This document shows, in pieces, positions 47,299 to 57,171 of a stretch of DNA of 64,000 bases. The notes beneath the pieces were generated by a model, which worked only from the letters and a program-made list of their open reading frames with translations, had not been told where the DNA came from and ran no database searches. A program made the translations under genes and the position numbers. Position 1 is the stretch's first letter. Each line of letters opens with the position of its first letter. The DNA comes from an uncultured Chloroflexia bacterium (GTDB lineage: Bacteria; Chloroflexota; Limnocylindria; Limnocylindrales; CSP1-4): positions 384,001-448,000 of the forward strand of contig CAWHDR010000001.1 of the NCBI GenBank assembly GCA_963828165.1. Reading direction: 5' to 3'.

Positions 47299-48438
47299 TC
47301 ACGTGGTGGGGCTGGTGTCCGTGCCGGCAGCGGGACGGGTGGAGCGTCGCGCGCGCGGCGTCGCGCGGCTGGTAGACGACTTGCGGGCCGTGCCTGAACG
47401 ACGGGTCGTGGCCTTCCGGGTCGTGGCCTTGGCGGTCGCGGCCTTCGAGGCGGCTGGCTTGGCGGCCGCGGGCTTCCCGGCAGTGGACTTCGCGACCGCG
47501 GGCTTCGCGGCAGTGGGCTTCGCGGCCGCCGGCTTGGCGGTCGCGGCCCTGCTCGCGGCGGTCCGGGTCGAGCCGGCCCTGGTGGTGGCCGGTTTCGCGG
47601 AAGCGGCCTTCCGCGAGGACTTGGTCGCAGTGGCCTTGCGCGTCGACGACGACGGGGAGGCTGTCGTGAGATCGGACCCCGCGGCCGCGGCGCGAGTCGT
47701 CGCCGCTGTTCGCCGGGTGGCCGGGCGCTTCGCGGTCGCTCGCTTGGCGGTCGATCGCTTGGCGGTCGCTCGCTTCGGCCGGGCGGCCGGCGTCGCCGCC
47801 GAACTGGCCGCAGCGGTGGTCGTCGTGGCCGGCGTCGACGCCGCCGACCTCGCTCCGGTCCGCTTCGCCGTGCTTCGCCGCGTCGCGGTCTTCCGCGTCG
47901 TCGCGGGCGTCCGCGTCGCTGCGGCTTTGCGCGTCGTGGCGGGCTTTCGGCTGACCCGGCGCTTCGCCGAAGCGGCTGCGCCCGCGGTGCGAGTCGCTAC
48001 CGCCCGAGGGGTAGCCCTGATCGGAGACACCGCTTGCGCGGCCAGCGACGCAGCCGTCCCGACGTCCCGGGCGGCGCCACCGAGCGCTCCTGCCGCGCTA
48101 CCGGCGGCACCTCCTGCCGCAGCTCGAGCCCGGCCCCCGATCCGCACGACGAGACCTGCGACGTCCGCCGCGGCCTCGGCCGCCTGCCGCTGGCGCTTCG
48201 CGACCTGCTTGCGGCCCTTCGACCCCTCGGCCTTGGCCAGCTGAGCAAGCCGCTTCGTCTCGAGTGCCCGTGCCCGGTCCAGCTGCTTGCCGAGCTTCCT
48301 GAGCTGCCGAGCGGCCTTGCCGGTCACCGGGGCCGACGCCCGCTGGGCGGCGGCAACCACATCCTCGGCGGCGCCGACCACGTCCGCCGGCAGGCTGGAG
48401 CGTTTCGCCGATGATGCGTCGTTCGTCGACTTCGCCAT
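47299..48438 (-). CDS. Histone H1/AlgP/Hc2-like basic low-complexity protein
   Basis: GAGGGAG SD; N-terminal helical segment, then A/T/K/R/S/P-rich tail with ATAKR and AKPAA repeats. Confidence 0.7.
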   Translation of the reverse strand: MAKSTNDASSAKRSSLPADVVGAAEDVVAAAQRASAPVTGKAARQLRKLGKQLDRARALETKRLAQLAKAEGSKGRKQVAKRQRQAAEAAADVAGLVVRIGGRARAAAGGAAGSAAGALGGAARDVGTAASLAAQAVSPIRATPRAVATRTAGAAASAKRRVSRKPATTRKAAATRTPATTRKTATRRSTAKRTGARSAASTPATTTTAAASSAATPAARPKRATAKRSTAKRATAKRPATRRTAATTRAAAAGSDLTTASPSSSTRKATATKSSRKAASAKPATTRAGSTRTAASRAATAKPAAAKPTAAKPAVAKSTAGKPAAAKPAASKAATAKATTRKATTRRSGTARKSSTSRATPRARRSTRPAAGTDTSPTT

Positions 48439-48578
48439 CTGTGGGTTCTCCCTCTCGAGGTTCGCGCCCGATGCAGGGCGGCACGGAACGGTACCACTCG
48501 GAGATTAACGCCGAACGGCCGCGAGGGCCGATCGCGAACATGCCACGCGAGGTGGACCGCGTCGCCTGGTCCTTCGGC

Positions 48579-48600
48579 GTTAACGAAGCCTTAACCACGC
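48579..48600 (+). promoter_or_regulatory. PHO-box-like direct repeat upstream of pstS
   Basis: GTTAACGAAGC-CTTAACCACGC: TTAAC repeated with the 11-bp period typical of OmpR/PhoB-family sites. Confidence 0.6.
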
Positions 48601-48703
48601 GGCAAGCGGCTGTTGATGCCAGCGCCAGAGGCTGACGACGTCAGACCGGAAGACTGTCCGTCCGAGCCGCCCTGCGAGGCGGGTCCTGCAGGAGGAACAT
48701 CGC

Positions 48704-49711
48704 GTGACGATCACGACCCCAAACCGCATCGGAGCGCTCGTCCTGGTGGCGGCGTTCGCCATCGGCGCATGCGGCCCCGGCGGCTCGACGGCCCCGAGCG
48801 CCGACAACGGCGCGCCCGACAGCACGGCGCCCGGGTCCCAGGGAGCGGCCCTGGCCGGAACGGTGACCATCGACGGTTCCAGCACGGTCTTCCCGATCAC
48901 GGCCGCCGTAGCCGAGGACTTCCAGATCGCCAACTCCGGCGTCCAGGTGCCAGTCGCCCTATCGGGTACGGGCGGCGGCTTCAAGAAGTTCTGCGCCGGC
49001 GAGACGGACATCAATGACGCGTCGCGACCGATCAAGGGCGACGACGAAGGCGAAGGCCTCGCATGCACGGCGAACGACGTCGAATTCGTCGAGCTCCAGG
49101 TCGCCATCGATGGCCTGACGGTCGTCGTCAATCCCGAGAACACGTTCGCCAGCTGTCTGACCGTCGAGGAGCTGGCCAAGATCTACGGCCCCGAGTCGCC
49201 CGAGAACCTCATGTGGAGCGACGTTCGGGCCGAGTTCCCGGCGCAGCCGGTGAACCGGTTCATGCCGGGGGCGGACTCGGGGACGTTCGACTACTTCACC
49301 GAAGAGATCAACGGCGAGCTCGACGCGGCGACCCAGTTCGCAACCCAGTCCGAGGACGACAACGTCCTGGTGACCGGTGTCGCGGGCGACGTCAACGCCA
49401 TCTCCTTCTTCGGATACGCCTACTTCGTCGAGAACCAGGACAAGCTGAAGGCCCTCGAAGTCGATGGCGGCTCCGGCTGCGTCGCGCCGACCGAGGCGGC
49501 GATCAACGACAACAGCTACGCCCCGCTCAGCCGCCCGCTCTTCATCTACCCGGACGTCGGCAAAGCGAAGCAGCGACCGGAGCTGAAGGCGTTCGTCGAC
49601 TACTACCTCGCCAACAGCTCGACGCTCTCTGCCGAGGTCGGTTACGTCGCTCTGCCGGCCGAGCTTCTCGCAGCCGAGCAGGCGGAATGGACCGCGGCCG
49701 TAGGCGGATGA
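48704..49711 (+). CDS. pstS: Phosphate ABC transporter substrate-binding lipoprotein
   Basis: Lipobox-like IGAC; IDGSSTVFP, SGTGGGFKKFC, DSGTFDYF, YAPLSRPLFIY. Confidence 0.95.
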   Translation: MTITTPNRIGALVLVAAFAIGACGPGGSTAPSADNGAPDSTAPGSQGAALAGTVTIDGSSTVFPITAAVAEDFQIANSGVQVPVALSGTGGGFKKFCAGETDINDASRPIKGDDEGEGLACTANDVEFVELQVAIDGLTVVVNPENTFASCLTVEELAKIYGPESPENLMWSDVRAEFPAQPVNRFMPGADSGTFDYFTEEINGELDAATQFATQSEDDNVLVTGVAGDVNAISFFGYAYFVENQDKLKALEVDGGSGCVAPTEAAINDNSYAPLSRPLFIYPDVGKAKQRPELKAFVDYYLANSSTLSAEVGYVALPAELLAAEQAEWTAAVGG

Positions 49712-49781
49712 TCCGCATGCCTCCCCCATCCTGGCCTGACGTAGGCTACGAGCACGATCCCGACGAGGAGCGTCACATCGC

Positions 49782-50696
49782 ATGACGAGCGCCCCCATCA
49801 CGCTGACCCGTCAACGGCCGAGGTCGGAACGGGTCATCGAGACCCTGCTCTTCCTGTCCGCGACGCTCGGGGTCCTCACCACCGCGGGCATCGTCCTCGT
49901 GCTGGTATTCCAGACCCTCGAATTCTTCCAGGTCGTCAGCCCGGTCGAGTTCTTCACCGGGACCAGGTGGTCGGCCGGGATCCGGCCCTACGCCTGGGGC
50001 GTCCTGCCGCTGGTGTCGGGGACGATCCTCGTGGCCACCATCGCGATGATCGTCGCGGTGCCGGTCGGCCTCCTGGCAGCGGTTCTCCTGTCCGATTACG
50101 CCTCGCCACGTGTGCGGGCGACCGTCAAGCCGCTGCTCGAGACGATCGCCGGGATCCCGACGATCGTCCTTGGCTTCTTCGCGGTCAACTTCCTTGCGCC
50201 ACAGGTGCTCGTCCCGCTCCTCGGCAAGCAGAACATCGGAACCTTCTCGGCGCTGTCGGGCGGGATCGTGGTGGGCCTGCTCGTCACACCGCTGATCGCC
50301 TCGATCTCGGACGATGCGATGCGAGCGGTCCCGCGCGGGATGCGGGAGGGTGCGTACGCGATGGGCGCCACCAAGTTCGAGGTGATCCGCAAAGTCGTCT
50401 TCCCGGCCGCGATCTCGGGGATCATGGCGTCGATCATCCTCGCGGCGAGCCGCGCCATCGGCGAAACGATGATCGTCTCCCTGGCCGTCGGTGACAAACC
50501 GCAGCTCACCTTCGATCCCACCGAGAGCGTGCAGACGATGACGGCGTTCATCGCGCAGATCGCCATCGGTGAGACAGCGCAGGGATCGATCCAGTTCAAG
50601 TCGCTCTTCGCCGTGGCCGCCACGCTGTTCGTGTTCACGCTCGTCCTCAACCTGCTGAGCGGCTGGGTGGTGCGCAAGTTCCGGACGGAATACTGA
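49782..50696 (+). CDS. pstC: Phosphate ABC permease
   Basis: GIPTIVLG, REGAYAMGATKFE, SRAIGETM. Confidence 0.95.
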   Translation: MTSAPITLTRQRPRSERVIETLLFLSATLGVLTTAGIVLVLVFQTLEFFQVVSPVEFFTGTRWSAGIRPYAWGVLPLVSGTILVATIAMIVAVPVGLLAAVLLSDYASPRVRATVKPLLETIAGIPTIVLGFFAVNFLAPQVLVPLLGKQNIGTFSALSGGIVVGLLVTPLIASISDDAMRAVPRGMREGAYAMGATKFEVIRKVVFPAAISGIMASIILAASRAIGETMIVSLAVGDKPQLTFDPTESVQTMTAFIAQIAIGETAQGSIQFKSLFAVAATLFVFTLVLNLLSGWVVRKFRTEY

Positions 50697-51598
50697 TGGC
50701 GGCGACCCCGATCCCTGCCGCGACACCGGGCGTCCGGTTCGAGCCGGCGCTCATGCGTCGCAAGCTCAGCGGCACGGTCTTCTACGGGCTGTGCGTCATG
50801 GCGGTCGGGATCCTGCTGCTCGCGTTGGTCATGCTGTTGGTCGATGTCCTTGCTCGCGGCCTGCCATGGCTGGACTGGGAGTTCCTGACCGGTGGCCCGT
50901 CGCGACGACCAGCCAACGCCGGCATCCTGCCTGCCCTGGTGGGCTCGCTACAGGTCGGGATCATCGTCGGAGTCATGACGTTCCCCGTCGGGGTGGCGGC
51001 AGCCATCTACCTCAACGAGTACGCCTCCGATAGCTGGGTGAATCGCCTGCTCCAGACGAACATCAGCAACCTCGCTGGCGTGCCCTCGATCATCTACGGC
51101 ATCCTGGGGCTGGCGGTCTTCGTGCGGCTGATGGGGCTCGGATCGACGATCCTGGCGGCCGGACTCACGCTCACCCTGCTCATCCTGCCGGTGGTCATCA
51201 TCGCCTCGATCGAGGCATTGAAGGCCGTCCCGCAGGCGCAACGCGAGGGCGCGTATGCGCTGGGCGCGACCCGCTGGCAGATGGTCCGGGGCTCCGTCCT
51301 GCCGGCCGCGTCACCGGGGATCATGACGGGGATCATCCTGGCGATGGCCCGAGCCATCGGCGAAGCGGCCCCGCTGATCCTCATCGGAGCCTTCGCGTTC
51401 GTGACGTTCGTGCCGAATCCATTCACCGGTGCCTACACCGTCCTGCCGATCCAGATCTACGACTGGGCGCGGCGGCCACAGGACGACTTCGCCGGGATCG
51501 CCGCCGCGGCGATCATCGTGATCCTGGTCCTGATGCTCGTCCTCAACGCGGTCGCGCTCATCGTCCGAGCCCGCCTTTCGAGGCATATCCAGTGGTAG
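50696..51598 (+). CDS. pstA: Phosphate ABC permease
   Basis: [27 protein letters not shown]. Confidence 0.95.
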   Translation: MAATPIPAATPGVRFEPALMRRKLSGTVFYGLCVMAVGILLLALVMLLVDVLARGLPWLDWEFLTGGPSRRPANAGILPALVGSLQVGIIVGVMTFPVGVAAAIYLNEYASDSWVNRLLQTNISNLAGVPSIIYGILGLAVFVRLMGLGSTILAAGLTLTLLILPVVIIASIEALKAVPQAQREGAYALGATRWQMVRGSVLPAASPGIMTGIILAMARAIGEAAPLILIGAFAFVTFVPNPFTGAYTVLPIQIYDWARRPQDDFAGIAAAAIIVILVLMLVLNAVALIVRARLSRHIQW

Positions 51599-52491
51599 AG
51601 GAGCATTTCGTGGACACCCAGCTACCGGAGGCGCCTGCCCGCGACCCTTCGACCGATGGTGGCGGGCCCGCGATCCGGCTCGCTGGGATGGCCCGGGACC
51701 ATGTGTCCCCGGAAGCCCAAAGCGAGCGCGAGTACGTCGTCGAGCTCAAGGACGTGTCGTGCTACTACGGCTCATTTCGCGCGGTCAGGAACGTCGACAT
51801 CAAGGTGGAAAGGAATTCGATCACGGCCCTGATCGGTCCGTCCGGCTGCGGAAAGTCGACGCTCCTCCGAACGATCAACCGGATGAACGACCTCGTGCCG
51901 TCCTATCGGTCCGAGGGCAGGATCCTGCTCGATGGCCAGGATCTGTCCGCCAGGACGGTCGATCCTGTCGCCGTCAGGCGCCGGGTCGGCATGGTGTTCC
52001 AGAAGCCGAACCCGTTTCCGAAGACGGTCTGGGAGAACGTGGCATTCGGTCCCAAGATCAACGGATACAAGGGTGATCTCCACGAGCTCGTGGAAACGAG
52101 CTTGCGCCGCGCTGCCCTGTGGGACGACGTCAAGGACAAGCTCAAGCAGTCCGGCATGGCATTGTCAGGCGGCCAGCAGCAGCGCTTGTGCATCGCCCGG
52201 ACCATCGCGGTAAACCCTGAAGTGATCCTGATGGACGAGCCGTGCTCCGCTCTCGATCCGCGCTCGACGCTTCAGATCGAGGAGCTGATGGCGGAGCTCA
52301 AGAAGGAGTACACGATCGTCATCGTCACCCACAACATGCAGCAGGCTGCGCGAGCCTCCGATACGACCGTCTTCATGACGATGGGCGAGGATCGCGCGGG
52401 CTTCGTCGTCGAAACGGCGCAGACCGTCGACATCTTCACGAACCCGAAGAACCAGTTGACCGAGGACTACGTCTCCGGTCGGTTCGGCTAG
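51592..52491 (+). CDS. pstB: Phosphate ABC ATP-binding protein (start uncertain)
   Basis: [55 protein letters not shown]. Confidence 0.97.
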   Translation: MVEEHFVDTQLPEAPARDPSTDGGGPAIRLAGMARDHVSPEAQSEREYVVELKDVSCYYGSFRAVRNVDIKVERNSITALIGPSGCGKSTLLRTINRMNDLVPSYRSEGRILLDGQDLSARTVDPVAVRRRVGMVFQKPNPFPKTVWENVAFGPKINGYKGDLHELVETSLRRAALWDDVKDKLKQSGMALSGGQQQRLCIARTIAVNPEVILMDEPCSALDPRSTLQIEELMAELKKEYTIVIVTHNMQQAARASDTTVFMTMGEDRAGFVVETAQTVDIFTNPKNQLTEDYVSGRFG

Positions 52492-52504
52492 CACAGGGGA
52501 CGAG

Positions 52505-53266
52505 ATGACCGAGCGAGCCGATAGCCACGACCAGACCGCAGTCGACGACCAGGTCGACCGCCTGCTCGATGCCGCGGCCGGACGCGGCACCGTGGCGAGC
52601 GGCCTCCCGGCCGCGCGCGATTCACTCGACCTCCAGGAGCAGGAGATCAAGGATGCGGTTCTGCGGATGGGGTCGCTCGTCGAGGAGGCCATCCGGCGCG
52701 CCAGTCAGGCACTCACGGGCCACGACGCCGACCTGGCTCTCGACATCGTCAAGGCGGACGCCCGGATCAACGATGCCCAGCGTGAGGTGTCGCGGCAGAT
52801 CAGCGTGGCGATCGCCACACAGCAGCCCGTCGCTCGGGACCTGCGGTACTTGCTCACGCTGGACCACGTGACCTATGAGCTGGAACGGATCGGGGACCAC
52901 GCCTCGTCGGTAGCGAAACAGGTCATCAAGCTGGCACCGGAGCCGCCGCTTGCTGGCTACGTGAGCCTGCCCGAGATGGCCGAACGCTCCGCAGTCCTCG
53001 TCCATGGTGTCCTGCGGGCGCTGGTCGACGCCGATGCGGTCGCGGCGCGCGAGGTGGCGGCCCAGGACGACGACATCGACCGCCTGTACCACGCGACCTT
53101 CGACGACGTCGTCGAGCTGATGCGCCAGGACCCGGCCAACGTCGAGCGCGGGACCCGGATCATCATCGCGTCGCACTATCTCGAGCGGATCGGCGATCGA
53201 TCCACGAACATCGCCGAGGACATCGTCTACCTCGTGACGGGCGACGTGGAGGACCTCAACCCGTGA
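52505..53266 (+). CDS. phoU: Phosphate signalling complex protein PhoU
   Basis: QQPVARDLR, ELERIGDHA, LERIGDRSTNIAE. Confidence 0.95.
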   Translation: MTERADSHDQTAVDDQVDRLLDAAAGRGTVASGLPAARDSLDLQEQEIKDAVLRMGSLVEEAIRRASQALTGHDADLALDIVKADARINDAQREVSRQISVAIATQQPVARDLRYLLTLDHVTYELERIGDHASSVAKQVIKLAPEPPLAGYVSLPEMAERSAVLVHGVLRALVDADAVAAREVAAQDDDIDRLYHATFDDVVELMRQDPANVERGTRIIIASHYLERIGDRSTNIAEDIVYLVTGDVEDLNP

Positions 53267-53709
53267 CCGGCGACATCCGCGATCCCCTCCGGGTGCTGTT
53301 CGTGTGTACCGGCAACTCGGCGCGCAGCATCATGGCCGAGGCGCTGCTGCGCCAGCACGGCGGCGACGCCTTCGAGGTCCACAGCGCCGGCACGGAACCG
53401 CGGGGCGTCAACCCGCTGACCATGCGGATCCTCGCAGACGCCGGTATCGATGCGTCGTGGGCGCGCTCGAAGTCGGTTGACGAGTATCTCGGCCAGACAT
53501 TCGACTACGTCGTGACGGTGTGCGACCAGGCTCGCCAGAGCTGCCCGGTCTTCCCCGGCGTCCACGAATCGCTCCACTGGGGTTACGAGGACCCGGCGGC
53601 CGCCGAGGGCACCGACGAGGAGCGCCTGGCGGCCTTCCGCAAGGTCTTCCTCCAGATCGGCGAACGCGTCCGGCAATTCGCGACGGTCACGCAACGGCAG
53701 CCGGCCTGA
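53263..53709 (+). CDS. arsC: Arsenate reductase, thioredoxin-coupled LMW-PTP type
   Basis: VLFVCTGNSARSIMAE, SAGT, VTVCDQARQSCPVFPG, HWGYEDP. Confidence 0.88.
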   Translation: MTGDIRDPLRVLFVCTGNSARSIMAEALLRQHGGDAFEVHSAGTEPRGVNPLTMRILADAGIDASWARSKSVDEYLGQTFDYVVTVCDQARQSCPVFPGVHESLHWGYEDPAAAEGTDEERLAAFRKVFLQIGERVRQFATVTQRQPA

Positions 53710-54191
53710 TGCTGCTGCACCTTTTGCGCCACGCCCACGCCGGCAACCCCGAGGCCTGGGATGGCCCGGACGCGGCCCGGCCCCTCAGCGAGAAAGGTCG
53801 CGACCAGGCCGAGCGGCTCGGTGTATTCCTCGCCCAAATGTCGTTCCGGACGGACGCGATCATCACGTCGCCCAAGGTCCGCGCGGCGGAGACCGCTGAG
53901 ATCGTCGCGGGTCACCTGGGCGTCGCCGTGACCGAAGACGATCGCCTGGCTGGGTTACTGGATCTAGATGCGCTCGAGGCGGTACTCACCGGCGCCGGGG
54001 ATCCGGACCGGCCGGTCGTCGTGGGTCACGACCCTGACTTCAGTGAACTCCTCGCGGGGCTGTGCGACGCCGCGAACGTCCCCATGCGCAAGGGCGCCTT
54101 CGCGCGGATCGAATGCGATCGGCCGCTCCGACCGGGTGGCGGGACGCTGCGCTGGCTGATCTCGCCCGACGCGCTCAGATCGGAGCGCTGA
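53709..54191 (+). CDS. sixA: SixA-like histidine phosphatase
   Basis: LLRHAHA, DAARPLS.KG, TSPKVRAAETA, VVGHDP. Confidence 0.85.
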   Translation: MLLHLLRHAHAGNPEAWDGPDAARPLSEKGRDQAERLGVFLAQMSFRTDAIITSPKVRAAETAEIVAGHLGVAVTEDDRLAGLLDLDALEAVLTGAGDPDRPVVVGHDPDFSELLAGLCDAANVPMRKGAFARIECDRPLRPGGGTLRWLISPDALRSER

Positions 54192-54552
54192 CGGCCGGTT
54201 CCGTGGTCGCGGTCGCGCTTCGGCGGCGGGTCACGAGGTCGCTGACCGGGATGAGGCCACCCGGGATCATGCCGCGGGCGATGGCCGCGAGGCGCACAGC
54301 AACGTCCGGCGCGAGGCGGTAGTAGATCCACTGGCCGCGCCGCTCGGACGTGACCACGCCGGCCTCGCGAAGGACCCGGAGGTGGTGCGAGACGGTGGGC
54401 TGGCCAACGTCGCAGGCGGCCGTGAAATCGCACGCGCACGTCTCGTTGCTCTCTGCGAGCTCGCGCACGATCGCGAGGCGGGTGGGATCCGCCAGGGCGG
54501 ACAGGAGGCGGATGTCGGGGTCGATCGTCGTGGTTCGAGGGGTGCGAGCCAT
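54175..54552 (-). CDS. arsR: ArsR/SmtB family As(III)-sensing repressor
   Basis: ALADPTRL, ETCACDF (CxC site), QPTVSHHLRVLREAG, RRGQWIYY. Confidence 0.92.
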   Translation of the reverse strand: MARTPRTTTIDPDIRLLSALADPTRLAIVRELAESNETCACDFTAACDVGQPTVSHHLRVLREAGVVTSERRGQWIYYRLAPDVAVRLAAIARGMIPGGLIPVSDLVTRRRSATATTEPAVSAPI

Positions 54553-54561
54553 GGCGGCAGC

Positions 54562-54624
54562 ATATCGTCAAGAATCGATATTGACAAGTGTTCCACGGTG
54601 GGTCATATTGATTTCCGTCGATAC
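54562..54624. promoter_or_regulatory. Two ArsR-type operators overlapping divergent promoters
   Basis: ATATCG-N8-CGATAT (54562-54581) and ATATTG-N8-CGATAC (54605-54624); TTGACA (54581)-N17-CATATT promoter on the plus strand. Confidence 0.8.
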
Positions 54625-54654
54625 AACGCCACATAAACCGCGGAGGCACCCACG

Positions 54655-54867
54655 ATGCTCAACGACAACGGGATCGCCTGGATGATCGCCGGCGGCCACG
54701 AGGCCACCGGCGACGACCAGCGACAGCTCCTCCACCGCATCGCCCTTGCCGAGGGCACGCCGTCACGGGCAGACGCTGTTCGCCGGCGGATCGCGCGGAT
54801 CATCGGTGACCGCGTCGATGCGCCCGCCACCTTCGGGGCACTGTCCACGGATTGCTGCCCCGCCTGA
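54655..54867 (+). CDS. Small protein (70 aa) with C-terminal Cys-Cys, first gene of the ArsR-controlled unit
   Basis: GGAGG SD; ends STDCCPA; between the ArsR promoter and arsM. Confidence 0.65.
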   Translation: MLNDNGIAWMIAGGHEATGDDQRQLLHRIALAEGTPSRADAVRRRIARIIGDRVDAPATFGALSTDCCPA

Positions 54868-54907
54868 CCGACTTCGGCCCGCCGACCATCCGCAACGGAG
54901 TCCGACC

Positions 54908-55822
54908 ATGACCACCGACACGCCGCCGACGATCGACCAGAGCCCGGAAGCCATCACTGACGAGGTACGCGCCCGGTACGCGGACGCAGCACTGGCGGTG
55001 CTTGGGCGTGGCCACGAGCACTCGGACGCCTCCCCCGGCTGTTGCAGCCCGGCCGTGATGACCGACCCGGCCGACCCGGCTTGGGGCCAGCTGCTGTACG
55101 ACGCGACTGATCGCTCCGTTCTTCCGGACTCGGCCGTCCTCGCAAGCCTGGGCTGTGGGAACCCCACGGCCGTCGCCGAATTGCGACCCGGCGAGGTCGT
55201 CCTGGACCTGGGTTCGGGCGGCGGGATCGACGTGCTGCTATCGGCTTCTCGGGTCGGCCCGACCGGGTTCGCGTACGGCCTCGACATGACCGACGAGATG
55301 CTCGAGCTGGCGCGCAACAACGCCGCCGAGGCCGGGGCGACGAACGTCGAGTTCCGCAAGGGCCGGATCGAATCGATCCCGCTCGGCGACGCCTCGGTCG
55401 ACGTCGTCATCAGCAATTGCGTCATCAACCTCTCCACCGACAAGGCCGCAGTCCTTGGGGAAGTCGCCCGCGTGCTGAAGCCCGGTGGTCGCATCGGCAT
55501 CAGCGATGTCGTTGCGGACGACGAGCTGTCCCCGGACCAACGCGCCGAGCGTGGCAGCTTCGTCGGCTGCATCGCCGGCGCGCTGTCGTTCGCGGAGTAC
55601 CGTGCCGGGCTCGAGGCCGTCGGTCTCGGTGACATCTCGGTCACGCCCACCCACGCCGTGGGCGGCGGCCTGCACGGCGCCATCGTCAAGGCCACGAAGC
55701 CCGCGGCCTGGACCATGGCGGACATCCGCCCGGTCGATCTCCCGAAGCCATCCAGCGCCGGCGTGCCCGTGCTGGCGGAAAGCGCGGGTGGCTGCTGCGG
55801 CGACGGTTGCGGCTGCAGCTGA
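54908..55822 (+). CDS. arsM: Arsenite methyltransferase
   Basis: [41 protein letters not shown], Cys-rich tail. Confidence 0.95.
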   Translation: MTTDTPPTIDQSPEAITDEVRARYADAALAVLGRGHEHSDASPGCCSPAVMTDPADPAWGQLLYDATDRSVLPDSAVLASLGCGNPTAVAELRPGEVVLDLGSGGGIDVLLSASRVGPTGFAYGLDMTDEMLELARNNAAEAGATNVEFRKGRIESIPLGDASVDVVISNCVINLSTDKAAVLGEVARVLKPGGRIGISDVVADDELSPDQRAERGSFVGCIAGALSFAEYRAGLEAVGLGDISVTPTHAVGGGLHGAIVKATKPAAWTMADIRPVDLPKPSSAGVPVLAESAGGCCGDGCGCS

Positions 55823-55842
55823 GAGCGGTCGGCTGCGGCCGA

Positions 55843-57045
55843 TCAGTCCGCCGCGGCCGGGAACGGCAGCGCTACTGAATCGGGCGCGAGCCGGCTGCGA
55901 CCCCCAGCGTCGAAGCGGTCCAGACCGAGCTCAGATACGTCGATGAGCGACGTCGTGCCGTGCACGGCCAGGTCCGCGGCCACGCTCGCCACTCCTGGTC
56001 CCCACATCATCCCGTGACCTGCTGCAGACGCGACCGTGACGCCGCCGATGACCGAGCCGTCCGGGCGGAGTGCCGGACCCAGGATCGGCAGATGGTCCGG
56101 CGTGTAGTCGATCGTCGCCGCCCAGATCTTGCGTAGACCGAGACCCCGGGTGAGCGGCACGTAGCCAGCCAGTCGCTCGCGGTACCGCTCGTAGGCCGCC
56201 CAATCGATCTCGCGCGCCGCCCCGGGCGACTCGTCCGGATCGCTCCAGCCGAACAGCAGCCCGCCGTCCTCGAGGCGCCAGTAGAGGCCGGCCCCAAGAT
56301 CGAAGACCATCGGCATCCGGTCGACGGCGAATGCGTCGTGCGGCTCGAGCACGGCCACCGTGTGGCGCGCGGCACCCGCCGGGATGCGCAACCCTGCCAG
56401 CGAGCCGACCGACCGCAGCGAGGGCCCGCCGGTCAGCACCACGCGCTCCGTCTCGATGGAGCCGCCGGTGGTCTCGACGCCGGTGATGCGCGCGCCGTCC
56501 TCGCTGGTGCGCAAACCGGTGAACGACGTTCGCTCGCGCAGCTCGACGCCCGCCTTCTGCATGGCGAGCGAGTAGGCACGAACGTTGCGCGGCGGGTCGA
56601 TGTGGCCATCACCGTCCCGGAAGCTGCCGCCGCGGTGGCCATCCGCTGAGAGCGTGCTGACCGTCGCACCTGCCTCGGCGGCGTCCAGCCAGCGGACATC
56701 CGTCAGCCCGGCGCCGTGCTGCATCGCAACGCGCTCCCTGCCGAGCCGCTCGTCCTCGTCGGTGACCGCCAGGATGAGGTAGCCGAGCTCACGAAATCCG
56801 GAATCCGTGCCGTACGTCGTCGCCTGTCCTCGATAGAAGTCGATCGACCAGCGCCCGAGCGCGACCGTCGCGGGCGTGCCGCCCTGGGCGCGGACGATGC
56901 CGGCCGCACGGGACGAGGCACCGTCACCGGCCAGGCCTCGCTCAAGGACGACCACGCGCCCGACACCGGCCTCCGCGGCGAAGACCGACGCCCAGCCGCC
57001 GACCGTGCCCGCGCCAACGACCACGAGGTCCGCCCGGTCCGTCAT
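55843..57045 (-). CDS. FAD-dependent oxidoreductase (DAO / sarcosine oxidase beta-like)
   Basis: VVGAGTVG, GASSRAAGIVR, DYTPDHLPILG, GHGMMWGP. Confidence 0.88.
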   Translation of the reverse strand: MTDRADLVVVGAGTVGGWASVFAAEAGVGRVVVLERGLAGDGASSRAAGIVRAQGGTPATVALGRWSIDFYRGQATTYGTDSGFRELGYLILAVTDEDERLGRERVAMQHGAGLTDVRWLDAAEAGATVSTLSADGHRGGSFRDGDGHIDPPRNVRAYSLAMQKAGVELRERTSFTGLRTSEDGARITGVETTGGSIETERVVLTGGPSLRSVGSLAGLRIPAGAARHTVAVLEPHDAFAVDRMPMVFDLGAGLYWRLEDGGLLFGWSDPDESPGAAREIDWAAYERYRERLAGYVPLTRGLGLRKIWAATIDYTPDHLPILGPALRPDGSVIGGVTVASAAGHGMMWGPGVASVAADLAVHGTTSLIDVSELGLDRFDAGGRSRLAPDSVALPFPAAAD

Positions 57046-57119
57046 GCGCTCCCCTGCTCCCTGCCGGTCTCGAGGGCGACAGCATACGGCGCGTCGAATG
57101 GCGCCGGACGATGTCGCAC

Positions 57120-57159
57120 CGAGCGGTCGAGCGGTCGAGCGGTCCAGCGGTCGAGCGAC
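57120..57159. repeat. Intergenic 8-bp tandem repeat, 5 copies
   Basis: CGAGCGGT x3, CCAGCGGT, CGAGCGAC. Confidence 0.8.
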
Positions 57160-57171
57160 ATCGTGGCGCGG

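Noticed and set aside
47400-48000. 15-bp-period repeats considered as a CRISPR or DNA repeat array
   Set aside because: They encode the pentapeptide repeats of the histone-like protein; no spacers and no cas genes
47117-48244. 375-aa Ala/Val/Arg-rich ORF on the plus strand
   Set aside because: Antisense mirror of the histone-like gene; the minus-strand ORF has the SD and fits the ppx operon
48600-48703. Short hairpins in the pstS leader as a possible riboswitch
   Set aside because: Only short GC stems; no recognisable aptamer or terminator
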